64,000 nucleotides of DNA from Bdellovibrionales bacterium (GTDB taxonomy: Bacteria; Bdellovibrionota; Bdellovibrionia; Bdellovibrionales; UBA1609): positions 3,248 to 67,247 of the forward strand of contig JBFWON010000004.1 of NCBI GenBank assembly GCA_050250515.1, given 5' to 3'. How positions within the stretch are numbered: position 1 is the stretch's first letter; every line of letters starts with the position of its first letter. The notes below the pieces were generated by a model, which saw only the letters and a list, made by a program, of their open reading frames with translations, made no database searches and was not told the origin of the DNA. A program made the position numbers and the translations under genes. Positions 27,003-36,213 of the stretch are shown one piece after another.

Positions 27003-28046
27003 ATGACTTTACAACAACTTCGATCCGCCACGGTCGCATTCTTAGCGGGATTCTTACTATCACTCACACTCCCCGTCGGGGCTGCGACCCTGTACTATGA
27101 CCAACGACCCGACATTTTAGATGTGGGTCCGTCTCCCCAGCCGACGTTGATGTCGCGACTGACTGGATGGCTGGAAAAAAGTAGACGGAACCCTCCGCCT
27201 GATTTCAGTCGCTCTGTTCGCGCCTACCCTGTCCTGTTGGCGCAAATCATGGCTTTCTTTCCGGAAGACGAATACTATTTTCTAGCCCGGGACATTGAAT
27301 ATCTCTACGACACCGCTCGAGTGATTTTTAAGGACGACCCCAACATGCTCAAGCGATTTCACCTTTTGCCGCTTGGAAGACGCTTGGTTCGCGATCCAAT
27401 GTTGAACGATTATCTCGCCACCCAAGGGTTGACGAAAGACAATCTGGGAAATCGCTCCGTCCTGGCTATTGATTCCTGTTGCATCGGGACCATCCCCGAT
27501 TTTTTGGCCCGCAACCTAGAGACTCAAGGGATTGACGTTCGCGGGTTTCTGGTGACCTCTTCCCAGTACCCGAGCAGCAAGGTCTATGAACGGATGGGCG
27601 CCGAAGGGCCTGTTTTGGAAGAGCAGCCCCATTACACCGGAACTGCGATTGGACTCGATTGGAGTGAAGAGGGCCGATTTCGAGTGCGGACGCACGAAGA
27701 AGGTGCCAATCCAGAGATAGCAAGTTCCATGATGGAAAGGATTCGAGATCTTCACGACAACGATGAAATCCGCCGCCAGTTTTTTGATTTGAAAGAAAAT
27801 ATGAGCACCGTGTTCCGCTACCTCACCAACCTGGCGCCAACTGGCCATGTGGCCTCAGCGCAAGCCTCCAAAGCAGCCCAAGCTTTGGTTCGCCTGCGAG
27901 GTGTTCATCATTTGCCCATTTACGATTTTTTAGATGACGCCCTTAATATGAATCGAAAGAATTACGTTAGAATCGACTACGAGCGCATCATCACTTTGCG
28001 AACACTGTCGGCCAGTATGATATGTCAATCCGCGCTGACGCGGTAA
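27003..28046 (+). CDS. Secreted PRTase-like domain protein, family C copy 4 (short)
   Basis: ATG 27003 after AGGAG; YYFLARDIEYL, AIDSCCIGTIP, EEQPHYT; ends CQSALTR. Confidence 0.7.
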   Translation: MTLQQLRSATVAFLAGFLLSLTLPVGAATLYYDQRPDILDVGPSPQPTLMSRLTGWLEKSRRNPPPDFSRSVRAYPVLLAQIMAFFPEDEYYFLARDIEYLYDTARVIFKDDPNMLKRFHLLPLGRRLVRDPMLNDYLATQGLTKDNLGNRSVLAIDSCCIGTIPDFLARNLETQGIDVRGFLVTSSQYPSSKVYERMGAEGPVLEEQPHYTGTAIGLDWSEEGRFRVRTHEEGANPEIASSMMERIRDLHDNDEIRRQFFDLKENMSTVFRYLTNLAPTGHVASAQASKAAQALVRLRGVHHLPIYDFLDDALNMNRKNYVRIDYERIITLRTLSASMICQSALTR

Positions 28047-28058
28047 TCGCATGACCCT

Positions 28059-29336
28059 CTACAGGTCCGCCAACGTTCCATTGCTATCCCCAAAGCTCGA
28101 GCGAGCCACGCCGTATTTGTTTAAGAGAGTCAGCATGAAATTAGCCAAGCGAACATTACTCTTGTTCAACACACGACCTCTATTCGGAAACAGACCTTTC
28201 GCCGAACCGGCCATGACCAGGGGAACATTTTTTGTCGTGTGATCTTCGCCTGGATTTCCACCAGATCCGCTCCCTAAAATCACACAACTATTGGCTAACA
28301 TCGTACCACCGGCTTCTTGAATGGTATTCATTTTTCCAATTAGGTAAGCGTATTGCTCCACATACCAACGATCGATTTCTTGCAAGATTTGCGGATAGGT
28401 TGAGTTGTCATTAAAATGAGAAACCGAATGATGGTTGCGATAACCGTTGCCCACTTCTGGATCCATAATATAAGTGACCACATCGTTACGACCACATTGT
28501 AAAGCTTTGATCAGTAGATCCATCATCAGTCGTGTGTGAGTTTCGAAACCGTTGCTCGCAGCGGGTCGAGCTATGTCCTCGTTGCATGTCATTGGGGTGC
28601 TCGTTACCGTACCCAGCTTAACCTCAATCTCCCGCACGCCTGTCAGATACTCATCCAACTTCGCTTTGTCCGTGGTCCCCAGCGACGCCATCTTCCGGTT
28701 AGCTTCGTCCTTCACGTAATCCAAAATACTTTTTTTATAGACTTGATTGATAATTTCCGAAGACGGCGTGCCACCGCCTCCTGCTGTGGCAAAAATCTGA
28801 TCAAACAACGCCCGTGGACTCATAATGCGGGTGTCAGCCCGTGGCCCCACCCATGACAAACTGCTGAAGTACTCACCATTGAAACCGTTGTCCGTTCCAT
28901 GCGAAAAAGGCCCAGACAAAGTTAGGGCGTCAGATCCTCTGGAATCGGCAATGATTTGGTCTATCGACTTCGGCGCTGTGATGGTGGAGGTTGACGGCGT
29001 TATCGGACCTCCGGTTAAAAAGCAGCTCAAGCGTGGCGCATGACCATCGTCATAAGAGGCCGAGGCCGAATTGTTCATCCCTTGCACAACCGTGATTTCC
29101 GAGCGCATTGCATTGAGCGGTTGAAGCACGGACGGCAAGGCGTTGATATTGTTCACTGTCCACGAGCCGGGATAATAACCATTGGGCTTATACAGAATCA
29201 CCAAACGAGGACCGCCAACCGCTTGGGCCATCGCTTTTTCTGAAAAGCCCGGCAGCATGCAATCGAGCAAGGGAAGGCCGATGGTGACACCCATGCCTCG
29301 CAGCACGGTTCTTCGGTTGAGAGTTTTCTTTATCAT
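28059..29336 (-). CDS. DUF1552 domain protein
   Basis: LNRRTVLRGMGVTIGLPLLDCM N-terminus; SILDYV, KLDEYLTGVREIE, HHSVSH, FGDSNG. Confidence 0.9.
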   Translation of the reverse strand: MIKKTLNRRTVLRGMGVTIGLPLLDCMLPGFSEKAMAQAVGGPRLVILYKPNGYYPGSWTVNNINALPSVLQPLNAMRSEITVVQGMNNSASASYDDGHAPRLSCFLTGGPITPSTSTITAPKSIDQIIADSRGSDALTLSGPFSHGTDNGFNGEYFSSLSWVGPRADTRIMSPRALFDQIFATAGGGGTPSSEIINQVYKKSILDYVKDEANRKMASLGTTDKAKLDEYLTGVREIEVKLGTVTSTPMTCNEDIARPAASNGFETHTRLMMDLLIKALQCGRNDVVTYIMDPEVGNGYRNHHSVSHFNDNSTYPQILQEIDRWYVEQYAYLIGKMNTIQEAGGTMLANSCVILGSGSGGNPGEDHTTKNVPLVMAGSAKGLFPNRGRVLNKSNVRLANFMLTLLNKYGVARSSFGDSNGTLADL

Positions 29337-31048
29337 GGTGTCCCTCCATCACCCGCCTGCTTGCGGAAGACTTGGTTACTGACGACTCCGTAAATCAATT
29401 CCGAGAATGATTTGTTGTCGTCAGAAAACGCGGCGACTTGGCTAACGGCACAGTCATCCTGGGTTGATAAATCTCTTGCCAACGCGAAGGCTAAGAGCTT
29501 CTTCGAGATACAGCTTCCAAATCGCTGATCCGCGGCCACCACATTGCTGAGCTCAATCGGCCCTTTGAAGGGTTCACCAGTATAGAGCTGGCCGCGATCA
29601 TCGATGCTCAGCCCATTTTCATCTACGGTTCTTGGCTTTCCGAGGCCGTCAAAGGTCTGTAAAGCGTAACCGATCGGATCCATCCGACGGTGACAGCCCA
29701 TGCAGCGATTGTCGGCCAGGCGTCCTTGAGATTGTTGAAGCTCGGACCCTGGGAGGGTTGGGATATTCGGCGGCGGTGGAGGTGGCGGATCGCACATCAA
29801 GTTCTTGATCACCAATTTTCCCCGGAAAACGATCGAGGGCTCATCCGTATGCGAAGTAAGGGTTAACAATCCCGCATGCCCTAAAACACCTTGACGATTT
29901 GTACCCGCAAGACTGACGCGGCGAAACTGCGTTCCCGTCACACCGGAAATTCCATAAAGCAGGGCCAGGCGTGAATTCATAAAGCTGTAATTGGCCTTCA
30001 GCAAATGGCTTGGATTCGCGTCCGTGGCGATCATGTCCTGAATTAACATCTTCGTTTCCATGACCATGTCGTCGCGAAGAGTCGCATTGTACTCGGGAAA
30101 TTTGGTGGGATTCGGCTGCGCACTCCCGATATTGTTCAGCCCTAGCCACTGCATTGCAAATGTGTCGATCAAGCCCTGAGATTTAGTGTCTTTCAACATT
30201 CGCTTCACTTGCGCTTGCAAGGTCGCGGGTTGAAGTAGCGAGCCATCTTTTGCCGCCGCGAAGAGCGAGTCATCCGGCATGCTGCTCCAAATAAAGTAAG
30301 AAACTCGAGACGCCAACTCATAAGCGTCTAAGTTGACGATACTGGTGGGGCTGTTCGGGGCCGGATTGCGAATGGTTCGAAACAAGAAGTCAGGCGCCAC
30401 CAAGGCGGCCCGCATGGCAAGCTTGATGCCGACCTCAAAACTCTCGTTTTGTCCTTGTGCAACGGCGACTAAAGCGGCCAGTCGAGATACTTCTTCGCTT
30501 GTGACGGGCCGACGGAAAGCCTTTTCTGCAAACGCCGTTAGAATTTGCGTGGCGCAGGCCGTAGTCGTTTGAGCGCAGATTATAAATCGAGTGCGGTTGA
30601 GGGTGAATGCCTCATTCACAGCCGCTTCAGCCGCGGCGATGTACATGTCCAATTGGCTGGTCGTGAGATTGAGCACGTCAGCGTTCGTGTTGAAGGTTTC
30701 ACCGGCCGGATCCGCCGGAAAATCGTCTGCAGGACGACTTTGAATTCCTAAAAGATCTCTTAATGTATTGTTGTATTCAGCCCGGTTCAGACGCTGGACC
30801 GTGGTTCGTCCAATAGCAGGCGCGGTTTGGCAGACTTTGCGAGAGGCCGATGTGGGAATGGGGAATGGATCCGCCCCCCCCGATTTTGACGATAAGCTGG
30901 CGGACTTGTAGCCAGAACAGCCCGCATTCAATAAGGCCAGTCCCAATAGACCGGCGAAGCCGACTTTCAAATTTAATTTTACCAAGAATGACCTAACCCT
31001 TTTGCCTACCTCGAAGAAGTGCAAACTAAGGACCGCAGTTTTCTTCAT
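29333..31048 (-). CDS. DUF1592/DUF1588/DUF1587/DUF1585 multi-domain lipoprotein with CxxCH motif
   Basis: RLNRAEYNNTLRDLLG, ELASRVSYFIWSSMPD, CMGCHRRMDPIG; lipobox LLNAGC. Confidence 0.9.
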   Translation of the reverse strand: MKKTAVLSLHFFEVGKRVRSFLVKLNLKVGFAGLLGLALLNAGCSGYKSASLSSKSGGADPFPIPTSASRKVCQTAPAIGRTTVQRLNRAEYNNTLRDLLGIQSRPADDFPADPAGETFNTNADVLNLTTSQLDMYIAAAEAAVNEAFTLNRTRFIICAQTTTACATQILTAFAEKAFRRPVTSEEVSRLAALVAVAQGQNESFEVGIKLAMRAALVAPDFLFRTIRNPAPNSPTSIVNLDAYELASRVSYFIWSSMPDDSLFAAAKDGSLLQPATLQAQVKRMLKDTKSQGLIDTFAMQWLGLNNIGSAQPNPTKFPEYNATLRDDMVMETKMLIQDMIATDANPSHLLKANYSFMNSRLALLYGISGVTGTQFRRVSLAGTNRQGVLGHAGLLTLTSHTDEPSIVFRGKLVIKNLMCDPPPPPPPNIPTLPGSELQQSQGRLADNRCMGCHRRMDPIGYALQTFDGLGKPRTVDENGLSIDDRGQLYTGEPFKGPIELSNVVAADQRFGSCISKKLLAFALARDLSTQDDCAVSQVAAFSDDNKSFSELIYGVVSNQVFRKQAGDGGTP

Positions 31049-31183
31049 GGACTAATTGCGCTTAGAGACAGAAACGGCCTATTTTGGCACGCATACCTTA
31101 ACTACACCTTCACAGGGTTTGACACCGTCAAACTTTTTGACCACCCATCTCAGTTGCAGTTTGAGACATCGGCTCCAAAAACG

Positions 31184-31831
31184 TTATAGCTTCTGCGCGA
31201 CGAGAAGACCTTCCTCGGTGGGAAAAAAGATCGAATTGTACTTAGAAGAATCGGCCAGACGCCGATTGAATTCTTTCATGACGGCGATTTGATGGGCGCC
31301 CACGTTGGGCCGCTGGCATTCATCCCAAACCCCGCCCCACAAAAAGGTGTTGTCTCCCACAATCAGGCCGCCCGGACGCACATGGGCTTCGGCCCAATTC
31401 AGGTACTCCACGTAGCCGGTCTTTTCCGCATCGATAAAAACCATATCAAAGGGTCCATCCGTCAAATCACCCAGTAAAGCGTGGGCATCTCCACACAAGG
31501 ATCGAATCTTCACCCCATGAGCCGATGATTCAAAGTGCACCTTTGCCAAAGCCTGACGTTTGGGATTGGCTTCCAATGTGACAATCGTTCCATCCTCAGG
31601 CAGCACTTGGGCCATCGCCAAAGCCGAATACCCATACAAAGTTCCGATCTCCACGACTTTACGCACATCGAAGCTTTTGATCAAAAACTGCAAGATCCTT
31701 GCTTCAAAGGCCGAAATAGACATAAAGCCAACTTCATCCTCTTTCAGCCTTTTCGAGATCCGGTCAAACTCCTCGCCGCGTAGGCCAAACATGGCATTTA
31801 AATAGTTTTCTTTTGACGTCGTCACTCGCAT
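31184..31831 (-). CDS. SAM-dependent O-methyltransferase (Methyltransf_3 family)
   Basis: VEIGTLYGYSA, FDMVFIDAEK, GDN motifs. Confidence 0.9.
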   Translation of the reverse strand: MRVTTSKENYLNAMFGLRGEEFDRISKRLKEDEVGFMSISAFEARILQFLIKSFDVRKVVEIGTLYGYSALAMAQVLPEDGTIVTLEANPKRQALAKVHFESSAHGVKIRSLCGDAHALLGDLTDGPFDMVFIDAEKTGYVEYLNWAEAHVRPGGLIVGDNTFLWGGVWDECQRPNVGAHQIAVMKEFNRRLADSSKYNSIFFPTEEGLLVAQKL

Positions 31832-31857
31832 GCCGACAATTTAGGTCTGTGCTGTGG

Positions 31858-32520
31858 ATGAAGTCAAAAATTCAACTGGTGATGTTTGATTTTGACGGAA
31901 CTCTGGTCGACACCGCCCCGGACTTGATTCGGGCGACCAACAGGTTCCTCGAGTCCAAAGGGGTCGAGGCCCTACCAGAGTCGCGTATCCGGCGGGAAAT
32001 CGGCCGGGGCCTTAAGCGCCTCCTGGCCCAGGTCGTGCCTGACGAATTGAAAAAAGAAGAAAATCTACCCCAGCTCGAAAAAGAGTTCTTAGAGGTCTAC
32101 GATCAGGAGGTCCTCAATACTCCGGTCCTCTACGAGGGCGCCCTCGAGTTTTTAGAAGAATACGAGGGGCGAATCGCCATTCTTTCGAACAAGCGCGAGC
32201 GTTTTATAAAAAAAATACTCGGTCACCTTGGCCTAGATCGCCTACCTTGGGTGGGGGTGATCGGCGGGGACACGCTGGCCAACATGAAACCTCACCCCGA
32301 ACCCTTCCTCCATGTTCTGGCGCTCGCCGGATTGGACCCTGAGGAAGCCGTGATTGTCGGCGATGGACAACCGGACGTGGTGGGCGCCCTTGGAGTCGGA
32401 ATGCGCTCGATCGCCGTGGATTTTGGCTACACTTCGTCCGAAGAGCTCATGGGACTCGGTGCCACTTACGCAATTGAGTCGTTTCATGAACTTTTTCCGT
32501 TACTAAAATCAATAACATAG
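31858..32520 (+). CDS. Phosphoglycolate phosphatase-like HAD hydrolase
   Basis: FDFDGTLVDT, LSNK, KPHPEP, VGD; start at MKSKIQ. Confidence 0.85.
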   Translation: MKSKIQLVMFDFDGTLVDTAPDLIRATNRFLESKGVEALPESRIRREIGRGLKRLLAQVVPDELKKEENLPQLEKEFLEVYDQEVLNTPVLYEGALEFLEEYEGRIAILSNKRERFIKKILGHLGLDRLPWVGVIGGDTLANMKPHPEPFLHVLALAGLDPEEAVIVGDGQPDVVGALGVGMRSIAVDFGYTSSEELMGLGATYAIESFHELFPLLKSIT

Positions 32521-32596
32521 TGCTTCCCAAGCCCTGCCAGTTTGACTTGCCCTGCCTGATAACGCTACACAACATGAGGGATTTTTGGAGGTATTC

Positions 32597-34354
32597 ATGA
32601 TCAATCGTTTGGTTTTGGTTTTTTTGTCGCTTGTGATTGTCGCGGGATGTACGAAGAAATCCGATAAAATAGAAAATTCAATTCAGTACGCGCTCAATTC
32701 CAACATCAAGTCGTTGGATCCGTCGCAGGCTGCGGACCTTTACACAAATGAAGTGGTTTCCAATATTTTTGAAACCCTAATGGAGTACCACTACCTCAAG
32801 CGTCCGCTCGAAGTTCAACCCCTTCTCGCGGAAGCCATGCCGACCGTTTCCAAAGATGGTTTGATTCACACCTTTAAACTGAAAAAAGGCGTGAAATTTC
32901 AAGATTCCGAAGTCTTCCCTGGTGGGAAGGGTCGTGATCTTGTGGCTTCCGACTTCGTCTACTCGTGGAAGCGTTTGGCCGATCCGAAGGGCAAAGGCGA
33001 AGGCTTTTGGATCTTTGATGGCAAAATCAAAGGCATGAATGAATGGCGCGACAAGCTCGCCAAAGGTGAAGGCAAGTTCGAAGATCCGATCGAAGGCCTA
33101 ACGGCGGTCGATGATCAAACTCTTAAGATCACTTTGGTCGCCCCGTACTACCAGCTGAACTATGTTCTCGCGATGTCTTACGCAGCCGCAGTTCCCCACG
33201 AAGCTGTCGAAAAGTATGGCGAAGAGTTCATGAACCACCCGGTCGGCACCGGCCCCTTCAAATTCGACAGCTGGACGCGCGGAAGCAAGGTGGTCTTACT
33301 TAAAAACCCAACCTGGCACGGTGGGACTTACCCCACCGAGGGTGAGCCCGGCGACAAAGAAAACGGACTACTGGCCGACGCTGGCAAGTCACTTCCCTTT
33401 GTTGATAAATTGGTCTTTCACGAAATTCCCGAGGATCAACCCCGTTGGTTGAATTTTATGAAGGGAACTTTTGATTACGCAGGGATTCCCAAAGACAACT
33501 TCGACGGCGCCATTGTCGACGGCAAGTTGAAGCCCGAACTCGCAGCTAAGGGTATTGAACTCTACAAGTATGCTATGCCCGACGTGGTTTACATCTCTTT
33601 CAACATGGAAGATCCCGTGGTTGGAAAAGGTAAAGACTACCTTCGCAAAGCCATGGCCCTTGCCTACGACACCGCCACTTCGATGAAGGTGTTTTACAAC
33701 GACCGAGCGATTTTAGCTCAGTCCCCCATCGGCCCCGATATGGACGGCTATGATCCTGGATTTAAAAATCCTTACAAAGAGTACAATGTCGAAAAAGCCA
33801 AAGAGATGTTGAAGAAAGCCGGCCATCCGGACGGCAAAGGCATCCCGGAAATCGAGTATGCCTCAACCAGCTCCACCACTGCTCGTCAAATGGCGGAATA
33901 CACAGCGGAACAGTTTGCCAAAATCGGCATTAAGATGAAGATCACCAACAACTCTTGGCCGCAATTTCAAGAGAAGCTTCGCACCAAAAAGGCCCAAATG
34001 TTTGGAATCGCTTGGAGCGCCGACTATCCCGATGCGGAAAACATGTTGCAGCTTCTGTACAGCAAGAACATCAGCCCAGGCCCGAACAACGCCAACTATC
34101 AGAACAAAGAGTTTGATGCTCTTTATGATAAGGCACGTAAACTTCCGCCCGGCCCCGAGCGAACCGCATTGTACAAACAAATGCGCGATATCTTTGTTAA
34201 AGATATGCCCTGGATCCCCACGGTTCACCGGATTGCTTACCTGGTTGAACACGGCTGGCTGAAGAACCTGAAACGCCATGAAACCATTAACGGCTTTTAC
34301 AAATACCTGCGCGTCGACATGCAGGAAAAAGCCAAGTTGATCGAGAAACTTTAA
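32597..34354 (+). CDS. Peptide ABC transporter substrate-binding lipoprotein (SBP family 5)
   Basis: Lipobox IVAGC; SLDP, PVGTGPF, WSADYPD; GGAGG RBS before 32597. Confidence 0.92.
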   Translation: MINRLVLVFLSLVIVAGCTKKSDKIENSIQYALNSNIKSLDPSQAADLYTNEVVSNIFETLMEYHYLKRPLEVQPLLAEAMPTVSKDGLIHTFKLKKGVKFQDSEVFPGGKGRDLVASDFVYSWKRLADPKGKGEGFWIFDGKIKGMNEWRDKLAKGEGKFEDPIEGLTAVDDQTLKITLVAPYYQLNYVLAMSYAAAVPHEAVEKYGEEFMNHPVGTGPFKFDSWTRGSKVVLLKNPTWHGGTYPTEGEPGDKENGLLADAGKSLPFVDKLVFHEIPEDQPRWLNFMKGTFDYAGIPKDNFDGAIVDGKLKPELAAKGIELYKYAMPDVVYISFNMEDPVVGKGKDYLRKAMALAYDTATSMKVFYNDRAILAQSPIGPDMDGYDPGFKNPYKEYNVEKAKEMLKKAGHPDGKGIPEIEYASTSSTTARQMAEYTAEQFAKIGIKMKITNNSWPQFQEKLRTKKAQMFGIAWSADYPDAENMLQLLYSKNISPGPNNANYQNKEFDALYDKARKLPPGPERTALYKQMRDIFVKDMPWIPTVHRIAYLVEHGWLKNLKRHETINGFYKYLRVDMQEKAKLIEKL

Positions 34355-35289
34355 TGGCGAAGTACATTCTACGTCGGGTCCTTTATATGGTCCCGATTCT
34401 CTTCGGAATCACTCTGGTGACTTTTCTACTGTTCAACGTGGCGGGGGGCGATCCCGCCGCGGCTGCGGCTGGCCGCTACGCCACGCCCGAGCAGATTGCC
34501 CAGATTCGAAAGCAGATGGGCTTGGATCAACCCCTACCGATTCAGTACATCAATTCCGTGAAGCAAATTCTCACTTTTGATTTCGGTCGAAGCTGGGCCA
34601 ACCGGCAGTTGATCTCGGATCGAATAGTTAGCGGCATTGGACCGTCGCTGACCGTAACATTGCCCGGTTTTATGCTTTCGTTATTGATCACCATCCCGCT
34701 TTCTTTGCTGCTCGCCTTTAAGCGAAACTCAGCCTTCGATAAAGCCACTATGATCTTCTGCCTCGCCATGATCTCGATTAGTTCGGTGGTTTATGTTTTG
34801 GCCGGTCAATACTTCTTAAGTTACAAGGCCGACCTGTTCCCGGTCTCGGGGTGGGACTCAAGTCTCAACGGTCGCTGGGAGTATGCCATTCTACCCATTA
34901 TAATTATGGTGGCCTTGTCCCTCGGGACCTATATTCTGTTTTTTCGCACCATCTTCTTGGACGAAATGTATCAGGACTATGTTCGAACCGCTCGCAGCAA
35001 GGGCCTGCCCAATCACACAATTCTTTTGAAACATGTGCTACGCAATGCTTTGATCCCGATCATCACTTTGGTGGTCCTGCAAATCCCATTTTTGATCGTG
35101 GGATCTCTTTTGATCGAGTCGTTCTTCGGCATCCCTGGCCTTGGTGGATTGATTTTTCAAGCCATTCAGGAAGCCGATTTTCCGGTTATTAAGGCAATGA
35201 CGGTCCTCAGCGCACTTCTTTATATGGGATTTCAGCTGTTGAGTGATATTCTTTACGCCGCCGTCGATCCCAAGATTAGGCTCAGCTAA
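34354..35289 (+). CDS. Peptide ABC transporter permease (OppB/DppB-like)
   Basis: QDYVRTARSKGL...KHVLRNALIP loop. Confidence 0.93.
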   Translation: MAKYILRRVLYMVPILFGITLVTFLLFNVAGGDPAAAAAGRYATPEQIAQIRKQMGLDQPLPIQYINSVKQILTFDFGRSWANRQLISDRIVSGIGPSLTVTLPGFMLSLLITIPLSLLLAFKRNSAFDKATMIFCLAMISISSVVYVLAGQYFLSYKADLFPVSGWDSSLNGRWEYAILPIIIMVALSLGTYILFFRTIFLDEMYQDYVRTARSKGLPNHTILLKHVLRNALIPIITLVVLQIPFLIVGSLLIESFFGIPGLGGLIFQAIQEADFPVIKAMTVLSALLYMGFQLLSDILYAAVDPKIRLS

Positions 35290-36200
35290 TGAAGGAGCAT
35301 ACGATCGAATCCGTTCCTGTCGCCCCACCCAAACATCAAATGGCCGAAGGCCGAAGCCTGTGGGCGGACGCCGTCATTCGTCTCAAACGTGACCGAATCG
35401 CGGTGATCAGTTTTGTCGTGATTTGCGCCTACTTGCTAATGGCTCTGCTTTGTTCCGTCGGCATTATGTTCCCCAACTACGATGTGACCGACAAGACGAT
35501 TGCTTACCAGGCCCCGAGCCTCCAGCATTGGATGGGCACCGATATTTTCGGTCGTGATGTGTTGTCTCGAGCCGCCCATGGGACCATTACCTCATTGGTG
35601 GTTGGTTTTTTTGGTTCGGCTTTGGCCGTTTTGATCGGAACTGTCTTTGGCGCCTTGGCGGGTTATTTTGGCGGATGGGTCGACGAGATGATCGTTTGGT
35701 TTTACACCACGATTGATACGATCCCTTACATTTTACTGGTTGTGGCTTTTTCTTTTGTCATGGGACCAAGCCTTGGCACCCTTTGCCTCGCCATTGGCTT
35801 AAGCAGCTGGATTGGCCATTGCCGCATTATTCGCGGTGAATTTATGAAGCATCGAGATCGCGAGTACGTGCACGGAGCCCAAGCCCTCGGAGCCGGCCAC
35901 AGCCGTCGTATTTTCCTGCACATTCTGCCGAACACCTTTCACCTCGTATTAATCAACTTCAGTCTGGGTTTTGTTTCCGCGGTGAAAGCCGAAGTGATTT
36001 TCAGCTACCTTGGCATTGGTGTGAAACCGGGGACCCCGAGCTGGGGTATGATGATTTCGGATGCCAAGCTTGAACTGGCTCGGGAAGTCTGGTGGGGTGG
36101 CGCTGCGGCCACGCTCTTAATGTTTTTTCTAGTGCTTGCATTTACGTTATTTAACGATGCTTTGCGGGATGCATTGGATCCCAAGCTGAAGAGTCGATAA
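35289..36200 (+). CDS. Peptide ABC transporter permease (OppC/DppC-like)
   Basis: HWMGTDIFGRD, HILPN, PSWGMMI, LRDALDP. Confidence 0.93.
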   Translation: MKEHTIESVPVAPPKHQMAEGRSLWADAVIRLKRDRIAVISFVVICAYLLMALLCSVGIMFPNYDVTDKTIAYQAPSLQHWMGTDIFGRDVLSRAAHGTITSLVVGFFGSALAVLIGTVFGALAGYFGGWVDEMIVWFYTTIDTIPYILLVVAFSFVMGPSLGTLCLAIGLSSWIGHCRIIRGEFMKHRDREYVHGAQALGAGHSRRIFLHILPNTFHLVLINFSLGFVSAVKAEVIFSYLGIGVKPGTPSWGMMISDAKLELAREVWWGGAAATLLMFFLVLAFTLFNDALRDALDPKLKSR

Positions 36201-36213
36201 GGGGAGCTCATAA

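Noticed and set aside
10706-28046. Cluster as a prophage, mobile element or tellurium-resistance (Ter) biosynthetic locus
   Set aside because: No integrase, transposase, phage structural or TerD-family genes, and no flanking direct repeats were seen; Ter-associated PRTase/HAD enzymes are not signal-peptide proteins.
31085-31100. TGGCAC element near the DUF1592 start
   Set aside because: No -12 GC at the right spacing, and it points away from the nearest gene start.
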